Positions 31,006 to 39,961 of a stretch of 64,000 bases of DNA are shown one piece after another. The notes beneath the pieces are model-generated. The model made no database searches. It saw nothing but the letters and a program-made list of their open reading frames with translations, and was not told the DNA's origin. Positions within the stretch are counted from its first letter, which is position 1, and every line of letters starts with the position of its first letter. The stretch lies in contig JBGUWS010000023.1 in the NCBI GenBank assembly GCA_045221335.1, positions 16,987 through 80,986 on the forward strand, given 5' to 3'. A program made the translations under genes and the position numbers. This DNA comes from Alphaproteobacteria bacterium (GTDB taxonomy: Bacteria; Pseudomonadota; Alphaproteobacteria; RF32; CAG-239).

Positions 31006-31944
31006 TTAGGAGTGTCTTAGCTTAAAAATGCCGTCTTCATAGCCTTGAATCGTCTTATCAGTTTCAGCTAATTCTAGGCGTTTTTCAGCTAAGGCAACAT
31101 ACTCTTTTTCACGTTCTATACCGACAAAGTGACGACCAAGTTTTTTAGCAGTAACAGAAGTTGTACCGGAACCTAAAAATGGATCAAAAACAACATCTCC
31201 CGGATTACTGGAAGCAAGGATTAGTTTGGCAATCAGTTTTTCCGGTTTTTGTGTCGGGTGAGAAGTATTTTCTGCCATTGACCAAAATGGAATAGATATA
31301 TCGGTCCACAAATTTGATGGGGCAGTTAAACGAAATTTGTTGTTTGTTTTTTCGCCGGTGTCTTCTTCCTGCCAATCCTTTGGGATTCCACTGTCATCTT
31401 TATAGGGTGCTAAGACGGGGCGTTTTAATTTTACGGCATCAAGATTAAAAGTGTATTCTGCAGATTTAGTAAAAAACCAGATGTCTTCCATGCAATTTTT
31501 CCAGTTATTGCCAGCGCTTCTTCCTTTTTCACGTTCCCATGTAATGCGATTTTTTAATAAAAAATATTTTCCGGCGATTTCCGGAATGGCAATAGAAGTG
31601 TTCCAGTCTGAACAAATATAAAGCGTACCGTTTGGTTTTAGGGAAATAAAAACTTCAGCTAACCATTTATCCATCCATTTTTTGTATGCATTCCAATCCA
31701 TAGATTTAAATTCTTTAGTACCGAATTTTTTAGTAAGGTTATATGGTGGGTCAACAATGACCAAGTCGGCAAAATCTGCTGGTAAAAGCCGTAAGGCATC
31801 GAATGTATCTTGCCAAATGGTGTGGTCAATGATATCTTTTGTTTTGGCTTTTGCTGAAAGCGTGATGGCACGGGAGGCATATTTATCTGTTTCCTCCGGA
31901 GTTAAAATGATTGTTTTATTACGCGGAGCAGGTTGATCCGTCAT
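31006..31944 (-). CDS. ccrM: cell-cycle-regulated N6-adenine DNA methyltransferase (CcrM family, beta-class DPPY)
   Basis: Motifs DLVIVDPPYNL and C-terminal FDPFLGSGTTSVTAKKLGRHFVGIERE, typical of CcrM (GANTC) enzymes. Confidence 0.85.
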   Translation of the reverse strand: MTDQPAPRNKTIILTPEETDKYASRAITLSAKAKTKDIIDHTIWQDTFDALRLLPADFADLVIVDPPYNLTKKFGTKEFKSMDWNAYKKWMDKWLAEVFISLKPNGTLYICSDWNTSIAIPEIAGKYFLLKNRITWEREKGRSAGNNWKNCMEDIWFFTKSAEYTFNLDAVKLKRPVLAPYKDDSGIPKDWQEEDTGEKTNNKFRLTAPSNLWTDISIPFWSMAENTSHPTQKPEKLIAKLILASSNPGDVVFDPFLGSGTTSVTAKKLGRHFVGIEREKEYVALAEKRLELAETDKTIQGYEDGIFKLRHS

Positions 31945-32219
31945 TTTTCCTCGCCGAATTTATTGTTGATTAAATTGGTTAAGTTTTTGATAGCTGTTGC
32001 GGCGTCTTCTCCTGTAGCAGAAATTTTTATAGATGTTCCTTTGGAGGCAGCTAACATCATCAATCCCATGATGGAATTACCATCGACTATCTGTCCTAAA
32101 CGTTCAACCGTAACCTCAGCATTTAATCCGTCGATTGCTTTTACAAAATTAGCAGCAGCACGTGCGTGAAGCCCTCTTTCATTTATAATTGTCAGTTCCA
32201 CGGAGGTATCTTTCTTCAT
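31941..32219 (-). CDS. ptsH: phosphocarrier protein HPr/NPr
   Basis: Active-site region INERGLHARAAANFVK (His15 context). Confidence 0.85.
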   Translation of the reverse strand: MKKDTSVELTIINERGLHARAAANFVKAIDGLNAEVTVERLGQIVDGNSIMGLMMLAASKGTSIKISATGEDAATAIKNLTNLINNKFGEEK

Positions 32220-32220
32220 A

Positions 32221-32619
32221 TTATTTTCCTAACAATTCCGAGGCAATTGTTATATATTTAATGCCTGCCTCTTTTGCTCCCAATACTGCTTCTTTTAAGT
32301 TCTTTTCCCTTCTTAGAGTATTTAATTTAACAAGCATTGGTAAGTTTATTCCAGCGATAACTTCAACATTGGCGCGATCCATAATAGAAATAGCTAAATT
32401 AGACGGTGTGCCACCAAACATATCGGTTAAAACGATAACACCATCGCCAGTATCTACAGAATTTACCTTTGACATAATATCTTCGCGACGTATATTCATA
32501 TCATCATTTGGTCCGATGCAGGCTGTTTCAATTTGTGATTGTGGCCCAACAACATGTTGCATAGCTGAAAAAAATTCGTCAGCCAGGCGTCCATGTGTGA
32601 CTAAGACAATACCAATCAT
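32221..32619 (-). CDS. PTS EIIA component, mannose family (regulatory EIIA-Man)
   Basis: MIGIVLVTHGRLADEF with the active His. The likely start is the ATG at 32619, overlapping the upstream stop (TAATG). The track start at 32640 is possible. Confidence 0.8.
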   Translation of the reverse strand: MIGIVLVTHGRLADEFFSAMQHVVGPQSQIETACIGPNDDMNIRREDIMSKVNSVDTGDGVIVLTDMFGGTPSNLAISIMDRANVEVIAGINLPMLVKLNTLRREKNLKEAVLGAKEAGIKYITIASELLGK

Positions 32620-33035
32620 TATTTTTCTCCGCTTTTCCATCTTCTAATAGCGCCAAAGGTTGCGATGATTTCCGCTTTACTTTTAATACGCTCTAATTCA
32701 TCTGCTCTGGTTTGACGGCCTTTGAAGGAAAATTTTTCTACCGTCTCAACCGGAACGCCGTATGTGCGCTCGACTGTTTCACCTTCTAATTCTACCACTA
32801 AAATGTATTCTTGTTCTGCTAAAACAGAACCTGTTTCCGAGTTTATACCCTCAAGCTTTATGGCTATGTGATTATCTCGCTTTAGTAAAGCGGTTTTTTT
32901 GCCATCATATTCCATGGAGGGGTTTCGAGGTTCACCTTTGCGCGCATCAATAAAAACGGCAAGTTCACCAAATTTATTTTCAATTATTTCAAAGAAATCT
33001 TGTTTTTCAATTAATGTATAGTACTGATTTTCCAT
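32619..33035 (-). CDS. hypothetical protein in the position normally held by hprK
   Basis: 138 aa with no P-loop. Confidence 0.5.
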   Translation of the reverse strand: MENQYYTLIEKQDFFEIIENKFGELAVFIDARKGEPRNPSMEYDGKKTALLKRDNHIAIKLEGINSETGSVLAEQEYILVVELEGETVERTYGVPVETVEKFSFKGRQTRADELERIKSKAEIIATFGAIRRWKSGEK

Positions 33036-33113
33036 AGCGGATCCTTACTTTCATACAGATTACCAACAAGGTATAGAATATCATAAACTTTTATAAGTGT
33101 CAATTAGGTTTAT

Positions 33114-33896
33114 TTATTGCTCATTTCCTTGGTTGGTTCTTGAATTTTCTCGTTGTTGTTGATTTTGTGCATATCTCTTAGCAATTTCTGCTAAAGTTTT
33201 TTTAGGTAATTTGCGACCAGATTTTTTTAAGATTAGTTTGGCTAAGTCCTCTTCATTTTCTGTTTGATCTAGTTCAATTAGAGAATCTGCAGGAAAATCC
33301 TCTAACGAATCGTCAGAAAGTTCATGTAGAGCTTTATTTATGGCGCGTGTTGCTCTGGGTAAATCCCTTTCGGATATTTCGCCACTGATTCCTGCCGGTT
33401 TTTCTATTTTTCTGTGGACTAATTCTCGGCGCATTTTTTTTACATCAAATTCAGCAGAATTAGCTAGGCGGGCATCTTCAACAGTCATTTGAGGATCCAG
33501 ACCAGCTCTTTCAGCAGCCATCGCGGTACTCATAATCATATTTAACTTTCCGGCCATTTGTTGTTGTTTTGTAATTTTTATGGTTTCTAATTCTTTTTCA
33601 GTGGCTTGATGTTCAAGTTCGTTATCATCCAGTAATCTTATATTAAAGAAGGGTGCATAAACCTCATCATCTTCATCTTCGTCTTCATCAAGTGCTTCGT
33701 GAATTTTTTTGCGAATACGCAATAATGGGGCACCCCGCTGAATTTGCGCAGGGGCAAATCTGGGTTTTTCGGCGCTTTTTGTTTTTAATTTTTCCGTTAG
33801 AGGAGTGCGACTCTCCAGACGTTTGTTGATGCGGTCTTTATCTTCAACATCTTTGGCCTGCCAGTTTACCAATTTGCGCTTGTCAGCTCTTCTCAT
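33114..33896 (-). CDS. hypothetical highly charged protein
   Basis: 260-aa ORF with acidic runs (DEDEDEDDE). Confidence 0.5.
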   Translation of the reverse strand: MRRADKRKLVNWQAKDVEDKDRINKRLESRTPLTEKLKTKSAEKPRFAPAQIQRGAPLLRIRKKIHEALDEDEDEDDEVYAPFFNIRLLDDNELEHQATEKELETIKITKQQQMAGKLNMIMSTAMAAERAGLDPQMTVEDARLANSAEFDVKKMRRELVHRKIEKPAGISGEISERDLPRATRAINKALHELSDDSLEDFPADSLIELDQTENEEDLAKLILKKSGRKLPKKTLAEIAKRYAQNQQQRENSRTNQGNEQ

Positions 33897-33900
33897 TTTT

Positions 33901-35535
33901 TTACTCCTTTTTATGTTCCTTGCAGTATGTTATCATCAAAGATGTATCGAACAAAATTATTGGTGTTACTTTGAAACGCTGTTTGTTTTTGAGTTTTAGG
34001 GTAAAAGAAGTACAAGAGGTGAGATGCTGTTGCATATTGTCTCGAAAAGTTTGCCAATCTTCCACTTCGGGCAGGGACATTTTTTGCATATCTAAAATTT
34101 CACGTAAGCTTGGTTGATTATTTACTTCCTCAGGAGAAATATTCCACAATCTGGCAAAGGCGTGATTATAAAATATGGTTTTCAAAGTGGGGGAGAATAT
34201 GATTACAGAATCGTTTAAATTATTAAGAATCCCTTGTTGTACGGCGATAAGATCATTTAGTTTACGTGTTGTTGCTAAGCGATCGGAAATGTCTTCATAA
34301 GCGATGATGGTGCCATCAGGATGAGGAGCTCTGATACGGCGATATGTCCTGCCATTCGGGATGTATAAGAGATCTTCTTTTTGTTCGGTCAAGGCATCAA
34401 AGGCTTTGTTTTCTTCATCTTTATAGTTTTTGAAATCAGCAACTTCAGGCAAAAGTTTTTGTTCACGAATATTATCTAAAAACAGGTTATAGTGGGGGGC
34501 TGTTTCAACAAAATTTTCCGGTAGGTTCCATAATTTAATAAAGGCGGCGTTACCGAAAGTGAAAATATGCTGTGTGTTGATGATACAAAAAGCGGTGTCA
34601 AGGGAGCTCAAAATATCTAAATGCGAATCGAGATAAACACGATAATTACGTTTAGCTTCATCAATGGCGGTGATATCAATCAAAGAGCCAATAGTGTGTG
34701 ATGTTTTAAGAGAAGAATCATAATAGGGAGTTTCTGTTATTTCGTATTTTTTTAAATCGCCATTATTTAGAATGTTAATCTGTTTCTTTTGCGGGGTATT
34801 TGATTCTTGTGCTGTTTTTGCCATTTCTAAAAAGTTAGTTAAATTACCCAGATCATGAAGAACGGAATTTTCAGCTGTTAAGTCTTTAAATTCTTTTAAC
34901 CCTAATAAGTCTAAGTAGCGGCGGTTTAATATAGTAATATTTTGGTCTTTATCTCGCAACCAAACCGGACAAGGAAGATTATCAATTAGAATGCGAAAAT
35001 CGTCCAATTTTTTGCGGCAGGAAACAACGTCTTGTGTTGCTTGATTAATGTATTCGGTTGATTGTGTTATATCTCTAAACCACAGACAATTAAAGTTTGT
35101 ATCTGTGTTGGAAGATGAGATTTTTGTTCCGGTTATCATAAATCGGCTGCCGGTTTTTGTTTGTGCTAATATTTCGAAATATGTGCCATTATTTTTTAAG
35201 ACATTAAATAAGGCATTTATGTTTTCTGCATCTGGTCGTTCAAAAACGGTTAGTATTTCTGATAAAGTACTTTGTTTACCGTTTTTTAGATTTAAAAGCG
35301 TGGCCAGACGGCGTGAGCAGTATTGGTATTCCTTATTATTATATATGGAATAGGTCAGATATCCATCTTTTGAAGCGTAGAGCATTTCTTCATAATAGTC
35401 TGTCATCTCCGTCTGTTTGGCTAGGGCTTTATTTAACCGTCTCTGTTTTAGGGATAACCAGATAATAAAGAATGGGAAAGTCAGTGACAAGACTACCCAG
35501 ATATAAAGAAGTTTTGTATATGTTTCAATGCTCAT
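33901..35535 (-). CDS. membrane-anchored multi-PAS-domain protein without a recognisable output domain
   Basis: One N-terminal TM helix and about four PAS-like segments (e.g. CPVWLRDKDQNITILNRRYLDLLG). No H-box or HATPase motifs visible. Confidence 0.55.
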   Translation of the reverse strand: MSIETYTKLLYIWVVLSLTFPFFIIWLSLKQRRLNKALAKQTEMTDYYEEMLYASKDGYLTYSIYNNKEYQYCSRRLATLLNLKNGKQSTLSEILTVFERPDAENINALFNVLKNNGTYFEILAQTKTGSRFMITGTKISSSNTDTNFNCLWFRDITQSTEYINQATQDVVSCRKKLDDFRILIDNLPCPVWLRDKDQNITILNRRYLDLLGLKEFKDLTAENSVLHDLGNLTNFLEMAKTAQESNTPQKKQINILNNGDLKKYEITETPYYDSSLKTSHTIGSLIDITAIDEAKRNYRVYLDSHLDILSSLDTAFCIINTQHIFTFGNAAFIKLWNLPENFVETAPHYNLFLDNIREQKLLPEVADFKNYKDEENKAFDALTEQKEDLLYIPNGRTYRRIRAPHPDGTIIAYEDISDRLATTRKLNDLIAVQQGILNNLNDSVIIFSPTLKTIFYNHAFARLWNISPEEVNNQPSLREILDMQKMSLPEVEDWQTFRDNMQQHLTSCTSFTLKLKNKQRFKVTPIILFDTSLMITYCKEHKKE

Positions 35536-35653
35536 GGCTTTTCTTTCAAAAGCTTTAAAATAAAGGTTGTTTGTTTTTTTATTTTAATATATAGCTTTTT
35601 TAGAGCATTTATGAGTTGATAGCAAATTAAAAATTGAAAGAGTGAACAAGGTT

Positions 35654-36310
35654 ATGTATACATTGGTTTTTGATACAACAGCCGGCGGTGTGGTTATAGG
35701 TCTTTATGATGATTTGCAAGTTGTTGCAAAAGTGGAAAAAGTGATGGAATTTGGTCAGGCAGAGGTGTTGGCAGTTGCTGTCGATGATATTCTTAAGCAA
35801 GCAAAAATAAGTTTTGATCAAGTCTGTTTGTTAGGTGTCTGTGTCGGTCCAGGGTCTTTTACCGGTGTTCGTGCCGGATTGGCTTTTGCCAGAGGTTTAG
35901 TCTTAGGCAATCCCGCGCTTCAAATTACAGGTGTGTCGGCCTTCGAAATTTATGCACATATGCTAAAAGAGAATGATCGTGCCGGATATAATGCTGTTAT
36001 TATTGAGACAAAGCGTGATGATTTTTATTTTCAGTTGTTTGATAAAGAGCTTAAAAAATTAAGTGCTCCATTGGCTCTGAAGCGCGAAGAGATTGTACGG
36101 ATGTTAAAAAATCATCAAACCAGTTTTATCGGAGATGGGGTTGAACGGTTTCTCTCGGTTCCTTCTGGACTGCAAATTAAGTATGTTGAGCTTTCAGAAA
36201 TTATTGATGCAAATGCTTTATTTGCTGCAACATGGCAAAAATATTTGCAAAAAACTCTTGATTTTCCAAAACCGCTGTATATAAGAGAGGCTGATGCTTG
36301 TGTAAAATAA
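35654..36310 (+). CDS. tsaB: tRNA threonylcarbamoyladenosine biosynthesis protein TsaB
   Basis: YeaZ-like N-terminus MYTLVFDTTAGG and an ASKHA fold. Confidence 0.8.
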   Translation: MYTLVFDTTAGGVVIGLYDDLQVVAKVEKVMEFGQAEVLAVAVDDILKQAKISFDQVCLLGVCVGPGSFTGVRAGLAFARGLVLGNPALQITGVSAFEIYAHMLKENDRAGYNAVIIETKRDDFYFQLFDKELKKLSAPLALKREEIVRMLKNHQTSFIGDGVERFLSVPSGLQIKYVELSEIIDANALFAATWQKYLQKTLDFPKPLYIREADACVK

Positions 36311-36391
36311 GCAGAAAATTATAGATAAGTAATAAATTTAGTGTTAAATATCCTTACGATTGAATTTAGTTTTTTATGAAAGAGGTATATC

Positions 36392-36673
36392 GTGACTAAA
36401 TCTGAATTAATAGAAATTATTGCAAAGAAGAATCCTAATCTTTTACTGAGTGAAATAGATCGTATTGTTGCTGTGATTTTTTCCAGCATGACTGCCGCTT
36501 TAGCAAAGGGGGATCGTGTTGAATTTAGAGGTTTTGGTGTGTTTTCTATTCATAAACGCGCACCGCGAATCGCACAAAATCCAAGAACCGGAGATAAGGT
36601 TAAAATCGGCGATCGCAACATTGTCCATTTTAAAGTCGGTAAGGAATTGCACGAGAAGTTAAACGAGGATTAG
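36392..36673 (+). CDS. ihfB: integration host factor subunit beta (HU/IHF family)
   Basis: GTG start with an AGAGG Shine-Dalgarno sequence. Motif RVEFRGFGVFSIHKRAPRIAQNPRTGDKV. Confidence 0.8.
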   Translation: MTKSELIEIIAKKNPNLLLSEIDRIVAVIFSSMTAALAKGDRVEFRGFGVFSIHKRAPRIAQNPRTGDKVKIGDRNIVHFKVGKELHEKLNED

Positions 36674-36697
36674 TCTTAATTTTTTAAGGAGACGGAT

Positions 36698-37108
36698 ATG
36701 TGGCTTTTGAAAATATTGATAGCGTTTCCGATTTTGGCTTTTTTTATTGTTTTTTTGGTGCAGAACAATGAAATTGTTCCATTGTGGCCGTTGACCAATA
36801 TGGATTGGTTTCCGGTAGAAAAGGTTGGGACAAGTGTCGTTTATTTTGTTTTGTTTTGTTTGGGATATTTTTTCGGGCGGCTCAGTGCGTGGTCTGCTTA
36901 TGCTCCTCTTCGGACATTATTGCGCAAACAAAAGAAGGAAAATAAGGTTCTGTCTAAAGAGCACGAAAAGCTAAATCATGAACATGAAAAATTGAATATG
37001 CAGATTACGACTCTTCAAGAAGAGGCTGATAAAGTAGAAAGAGCTAATCGTGTTCCTTTGGGTAAAAGGATTAAGGGTTGGTTTAGCAGATCATCTCGTG
37101 AAGATTAA
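36698..37108 (+). CDS. LapA-like (DUF1049) inner-membrane protein with a coiled-coil tail
   Basis: Two N-terminal TM helices and an EHEKLNHEHEKLN repeat. Position downstream of ihfB fits LapA. Confidence 0.55.
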   Translation: MWLLKILIAFPILAFFIVFLVQNNEIVPLWPLTNMDWFPVEKVGTSVVYFVLFCLGYFFGRLSAWSAYAPLRTLLRKQKKENKVLSKEHEKLNHEHEKLNMQITTLQEEADKVERANRVPLGKRIKGWFSRSSRED

Positions 37109-37121
37109 TTAAGAGGTTTTT

Positions 37122-37985
37122 ATGAATTGGCTTACCGACATTGTCAGACCAAAGATAAAAAAGACGACTCCCAAAGAAATTTCTGATGATTTGTGGGTTA
37201 AATGTCCGGAATGCGGGCAGATGCTTTTTTCTAAGGAGTTAAAGCAATCTTTTTATGTATGTACCAAGTGCGGTTACCATCTTCGTTTATACATTGATAA
37301 ACGCTTAAAACAGCTTTTTGATAATGGTTACTATACAGAGATGATTCTACCGACGGTTAAAGAGGATCCGCTTAAATTTAAGGATACGCAGCGCTATGTT
37401 GATCGGTTGAAAGTGTACCGCAAAAAGACCGGTAATATTGATGCTATCAAGGTAGGAATCGGTAAGGTTAATGGTATTGATACCGTTATTGTGGCGATGG
37501 ACTTTTCATTTATGGGCGGTTCCATGGGAACAGCCGTCGGAGAAGGGATTGTTGCTGCAGCTGGGTACGCTTATGACTCGGATTTTCCTCTGATTATCGT
37601 GAGTGCTTCAGGGGGTGCCAGAATGCAGGAAGGCATGTTGTCTTTGATGCAGATGGCACGTACAACAGCTGCCGTTAATCGTCTTAAAGAAAAAGGTCTT
37701 CCTTATATATCCATATTTACAGATCCGACAACAGGTGGTGTTTCAGCCTCTTTTGCCATGATAGGTGATGTTCATATTGCCGAGAAGGGGGCACTTATCG
37801 GTTTTGCCGGTAAGAGAGTGATAGAGCAAACCATCCGAGAGAAGTTGCCGGAAGGTTTCCAGACTGCTGAATATCTGAAGGACCATGGTATGGTTGATAT
37901 TGTGGTTGAGCGGAAGGATCTGAAGGGTACGGTGGATAGAGTGCTTGCCATTTTGATGTCCAATTACAAAAAGGAAAATTCGTAG
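37122..37985 (+). CDS. accD: acetyl-CoA carboxylase carboxyltransferase subunit beta
   Basis: Zn ribbon CPECGQ...CTKCGYH plus a carboxyltransferase domain. Confidence 0.9.
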   Translation: MNWLTDIVRPKIKKTTPKEISDDLWVKCPECGQMLFSKELKQSFYVCTKCGYHLRLYIDKRLKQLFDNGYYTEMILPTVKEDPLKFKDTQRYVDRLKVYRKKTGNIDAIKVGIGKVNGIDTVIVAMDFSFMGGSMGTAVGEGIVAAAGYAYDSDFPLIIVSASGGARMQEGMLSLMQMARTTAAVNRLKEKGLPYISIFTDPTTGGVSASFAMIGDVHIAEKGALIGFAGKRVIEQTIREKLPEGFQTAEYLKDHGMVDIVVERKDLKGTVDRVLAILMSNYKKENS

Positions 37986-38005
37986 ACTAATTTGCAGGTT
38001 ATAAG

Positions 38006-38047
38006 CAAAAACACCTGACTGTTTTGAGGCAGTCAGGTGCTTTTGTG
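38006..38047. terminator. bidirectional terminator with a perfect 10-bp stem CACCTGACTG-TTTTGAGG-CAGTCAGGTG and A/T runs on both sides
   Basis: Seen directly, between accD and the 38072..38434 ORF. Confidence 0.8.
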
Positions 38048-38071
38048 TTAGTTTGTTGGGGAGGAACGGAG

Positions 38072-38434
38072 CTACTTTCCTTTTACAACAATGAAGTGAG
38101 GAAAGCGGCTCTCCCAAGAGCTGTCATAAAGCGTGTAGAACTCCCCGTTCTTTTCCACGAAAACATGGACGGGGCTTACGTTCTTGCCCACCATGAGATG
38201 ATCACATTTTTTATCACTGCCCATGACGAAGAATTCTCCGTCAAGTCCTTCCTTGATGGTTTGGATTTGCTCTCTAAGTGTTTGCAGATTGGTAACTGCA
38301 TCGTTAGGAGCCAGATGTCCGTTCAAGGGAGTGGCGATGGCAATGGTCGGCCATGTTTCATCTCTGTCTGAAAATATGACAACAGGTCGGCGAGGCAATC
38401 CTGGGTAATCTTTGTAAAATTGCTTCTTCTGCAT
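38072..38434 (-). CDS. hypothetical protein or gene remnant within a GC-rich (~47%) patch
   Basis: 120-aa ORF with composition unlike its neighbours. Weak resemblance to a metallophosphoesterase C-terminal fragment. Confidence 0.35.
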   Translation of the reverse strand: MQKKQFYKDYPGLPRRPVVIFSDRDETWPTIAIATPLNGHLAPNDAVTNLQTLREQIQTIKEGLDGEFFVMGSDKKCDHLMVGKNVSPVHVFVEKNGEFYTLYDSSWESRFPHFIVVKGK

Positions 38435-38646
38435 AATTTCTGGCTAAAAATTTATTTGACATAAAGTAGTTAGTTATTTGAGCCTTAAAGTAGCATATTT
38501 TTGTCCTAATGTCAATATTGTTTTTTTTGCAATTATTTAGTAAATTGATTTTAATTGAAAAACTTATTGACAAATATACAAAACAGTGGTGTCAGTGCGG
38601 AAAATGATTTTAACCAGAAAGGTAATTTTATAGGAGTATCGTCATA

Positions 38647-39186
38647 ATGATAGAAGTACTTAGTTTTGCAAAAACACCTAAAGAAATGCTAGAGAAGATT
38701 GAACAAGAAGTTCAGGCAATAAGAGAAGAAGGGCTACGCGAGATTTCTGGACTTCCAAATAGCTTGAAGGCTATTAAAGATCTGGTAGAGAACAAACATG
38801 TAAATGTTGATGCTCGTGATTATTCTGAAAATACTGCTTTAATGAATGCCTGCGAAAAAGGTATTTTTTCAAATGTGAAATATTTGGTTGAAAATGGTGC
38901 CAATGTTAATGGTAAAAATTGTAAAAATACTACGCCTTTGATGTTGGCTTGTCTTTCAGGTAATCTTGAGGTTGTGAAATATTTGGTTAATAAGGGCGCC
39001 AAAATTGATGTTAAAAATCATTTTGAGGATACGCCTTATAGCTATGCTAAAACAGATGAAATAAAGGCCTTTCTAAAAAAAGCTGAAAAAGCTCAATTAG
39101 AAAAAAGAAGGGAAGAGCATCAAAGAAAGGTGGCAGCTCGGAAGGCTAGTCCTCGGAAACAAACGTCACAGAAAAAACAACGTTGA
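38647..39186 (+). CDS. ankyrin-repeat protein (about three ANK repeats) with a basic C-terminus
   Basis: Repeats NTALMNACEKG...VKYLVENGANVN and TPLMLACLSGNLEVVKYLVNKGAKID. Confidence 0.85.
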   Translation: MIEVLSFAKTPKEMLEKIEQEVQAIREEGLREISGLPNSLKAIKDLVENKHVNVDARDYSENTALMNACEKGIFSNVKYLVENGANVNGKNCKNTTPLMLACLSGNLEVVKYLVNKGAKIDVKNHFEDTPYSYAKTDEIKAFLKKAEKAQLEKRREEHQRKVAARKASPRKQTSQKKQR

Positions 39187-39206
39187 TTTTTAGGTACGTC
39201 AAAGAA

Positions 39207-39233
39207 AACCCGCTTTTAAGCGGGTTCTTTTAT
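39207..39233 (+). terminator. rho-independent terminator AACCCGC-TTTTAA-GCGGGTT followed by a T-run
   Basis: Seen directly. Confidence 0.75.
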
Positions 39234-39241
39234 ATCGGTAT

Positions 39242-39266
39242 CAAAAAAAGCCCCTTTTCAGAGGCT
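39242..39266 (-). terminator. grpE terminator (imperfect hairpin AGCCYC...GAGGCT with a U-run on the minus strand)
   Basis: Seen directly. Confidence 0.45.
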
Positions 39267-39287
39267 GGTTATTTAATTTTGTTTGAT

Positions 39288-39854
39288 TTATTTGGCCACA
39301 ATGACCATGGCCTCACGCAAGATGCGATCATGGATTGTATATCCGGCTTGTAATTCGGATAGAATCGTTCCAGATTCAGCATCCGGATTTTCAACCTCTT
39401 GAACGACACGCTCAAAATTGGGGTTGAACTTTTCACCAATGTGATTAAAACGCTTGATGCCAAATTTTTCAAAAACTTTGGTTAACTCGCTTTGTGTGAG
39501 TTCGACACCCTTTAACAGTTCTTGACAAGAGGATTCATTTTCGGACATGGCGGTAATGGCGCGTTCTAAATTATCGGCCACACCTAAGAGCTCTTTGGCA
39601 AAAGATGATACCGCAAACTTGATTGTCTTTTCGGTCTCTTGTTGAGAGCGCTTTTTCATGTTATCCATCTCAGCATATAGACGAATGTAGTCATCTTTCA
39701 GTTTCAGATAATCTTCCTGCAGTTTGTCTGCCGACTCTTGTTCCTCTACATCTTCAGAAATATCCTTTGATTCAGGCTCTTTGGATGATTCATCAGGCAT
39801 TTCATCTTCAACTTCTGAGGGAAATTCTTCCTCTTTTTTTTCTTTGGCTGTCAT
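39288..39854 (-). CDS. grpE: nucleotide exchange factor GrpE
   Basis: Acidic N-terminus, a coiled-coil and a C-terminal beta domain typical of GrpE. Confidence 0.9.
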   Translation of the reverse strand: MTAKEKKEEEFPSEVEDEMPDESSKEPESKDISEDVEEQESADKLQEDYLKLKDDYIRLYAEMDNMKKRSQQETEKTIKFAVSSFAKELLGVADNLERAITAMSENESSCQELLKGVELTQSELTKVFEKFGIKRFNHIGEKFNPNFERVVQEVENPDAESGTILSELQAGYTIHDRILREAMVIVAK

Positions 39855-39961
39855 TTTATCCTCTATCTTAAGTAAATTTATCTGTACTAGATTTAGGGAT
39901 TAAAAATCTTTAAGTCAAGCATCAAGACCTATTATTTCCTCTTAAATTTTAAGAATATGTT

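Noticed and set aside
32189-32647. 152-aa plus-strand ORF
   Set aside because: Antisense to the HPr/EIIA-Man genes, which have clear active-site motifs.
38024-38371. 115-aa plus-strand ORF in the GC-rich patch
   Set aside because: It overlaps the bidirectional terminator hairpin at its 5' end and is antisense to the longer 120-aa ORF. There is no Shine-Dalgarno sequence, and the GC-rich composition inflates open frames.
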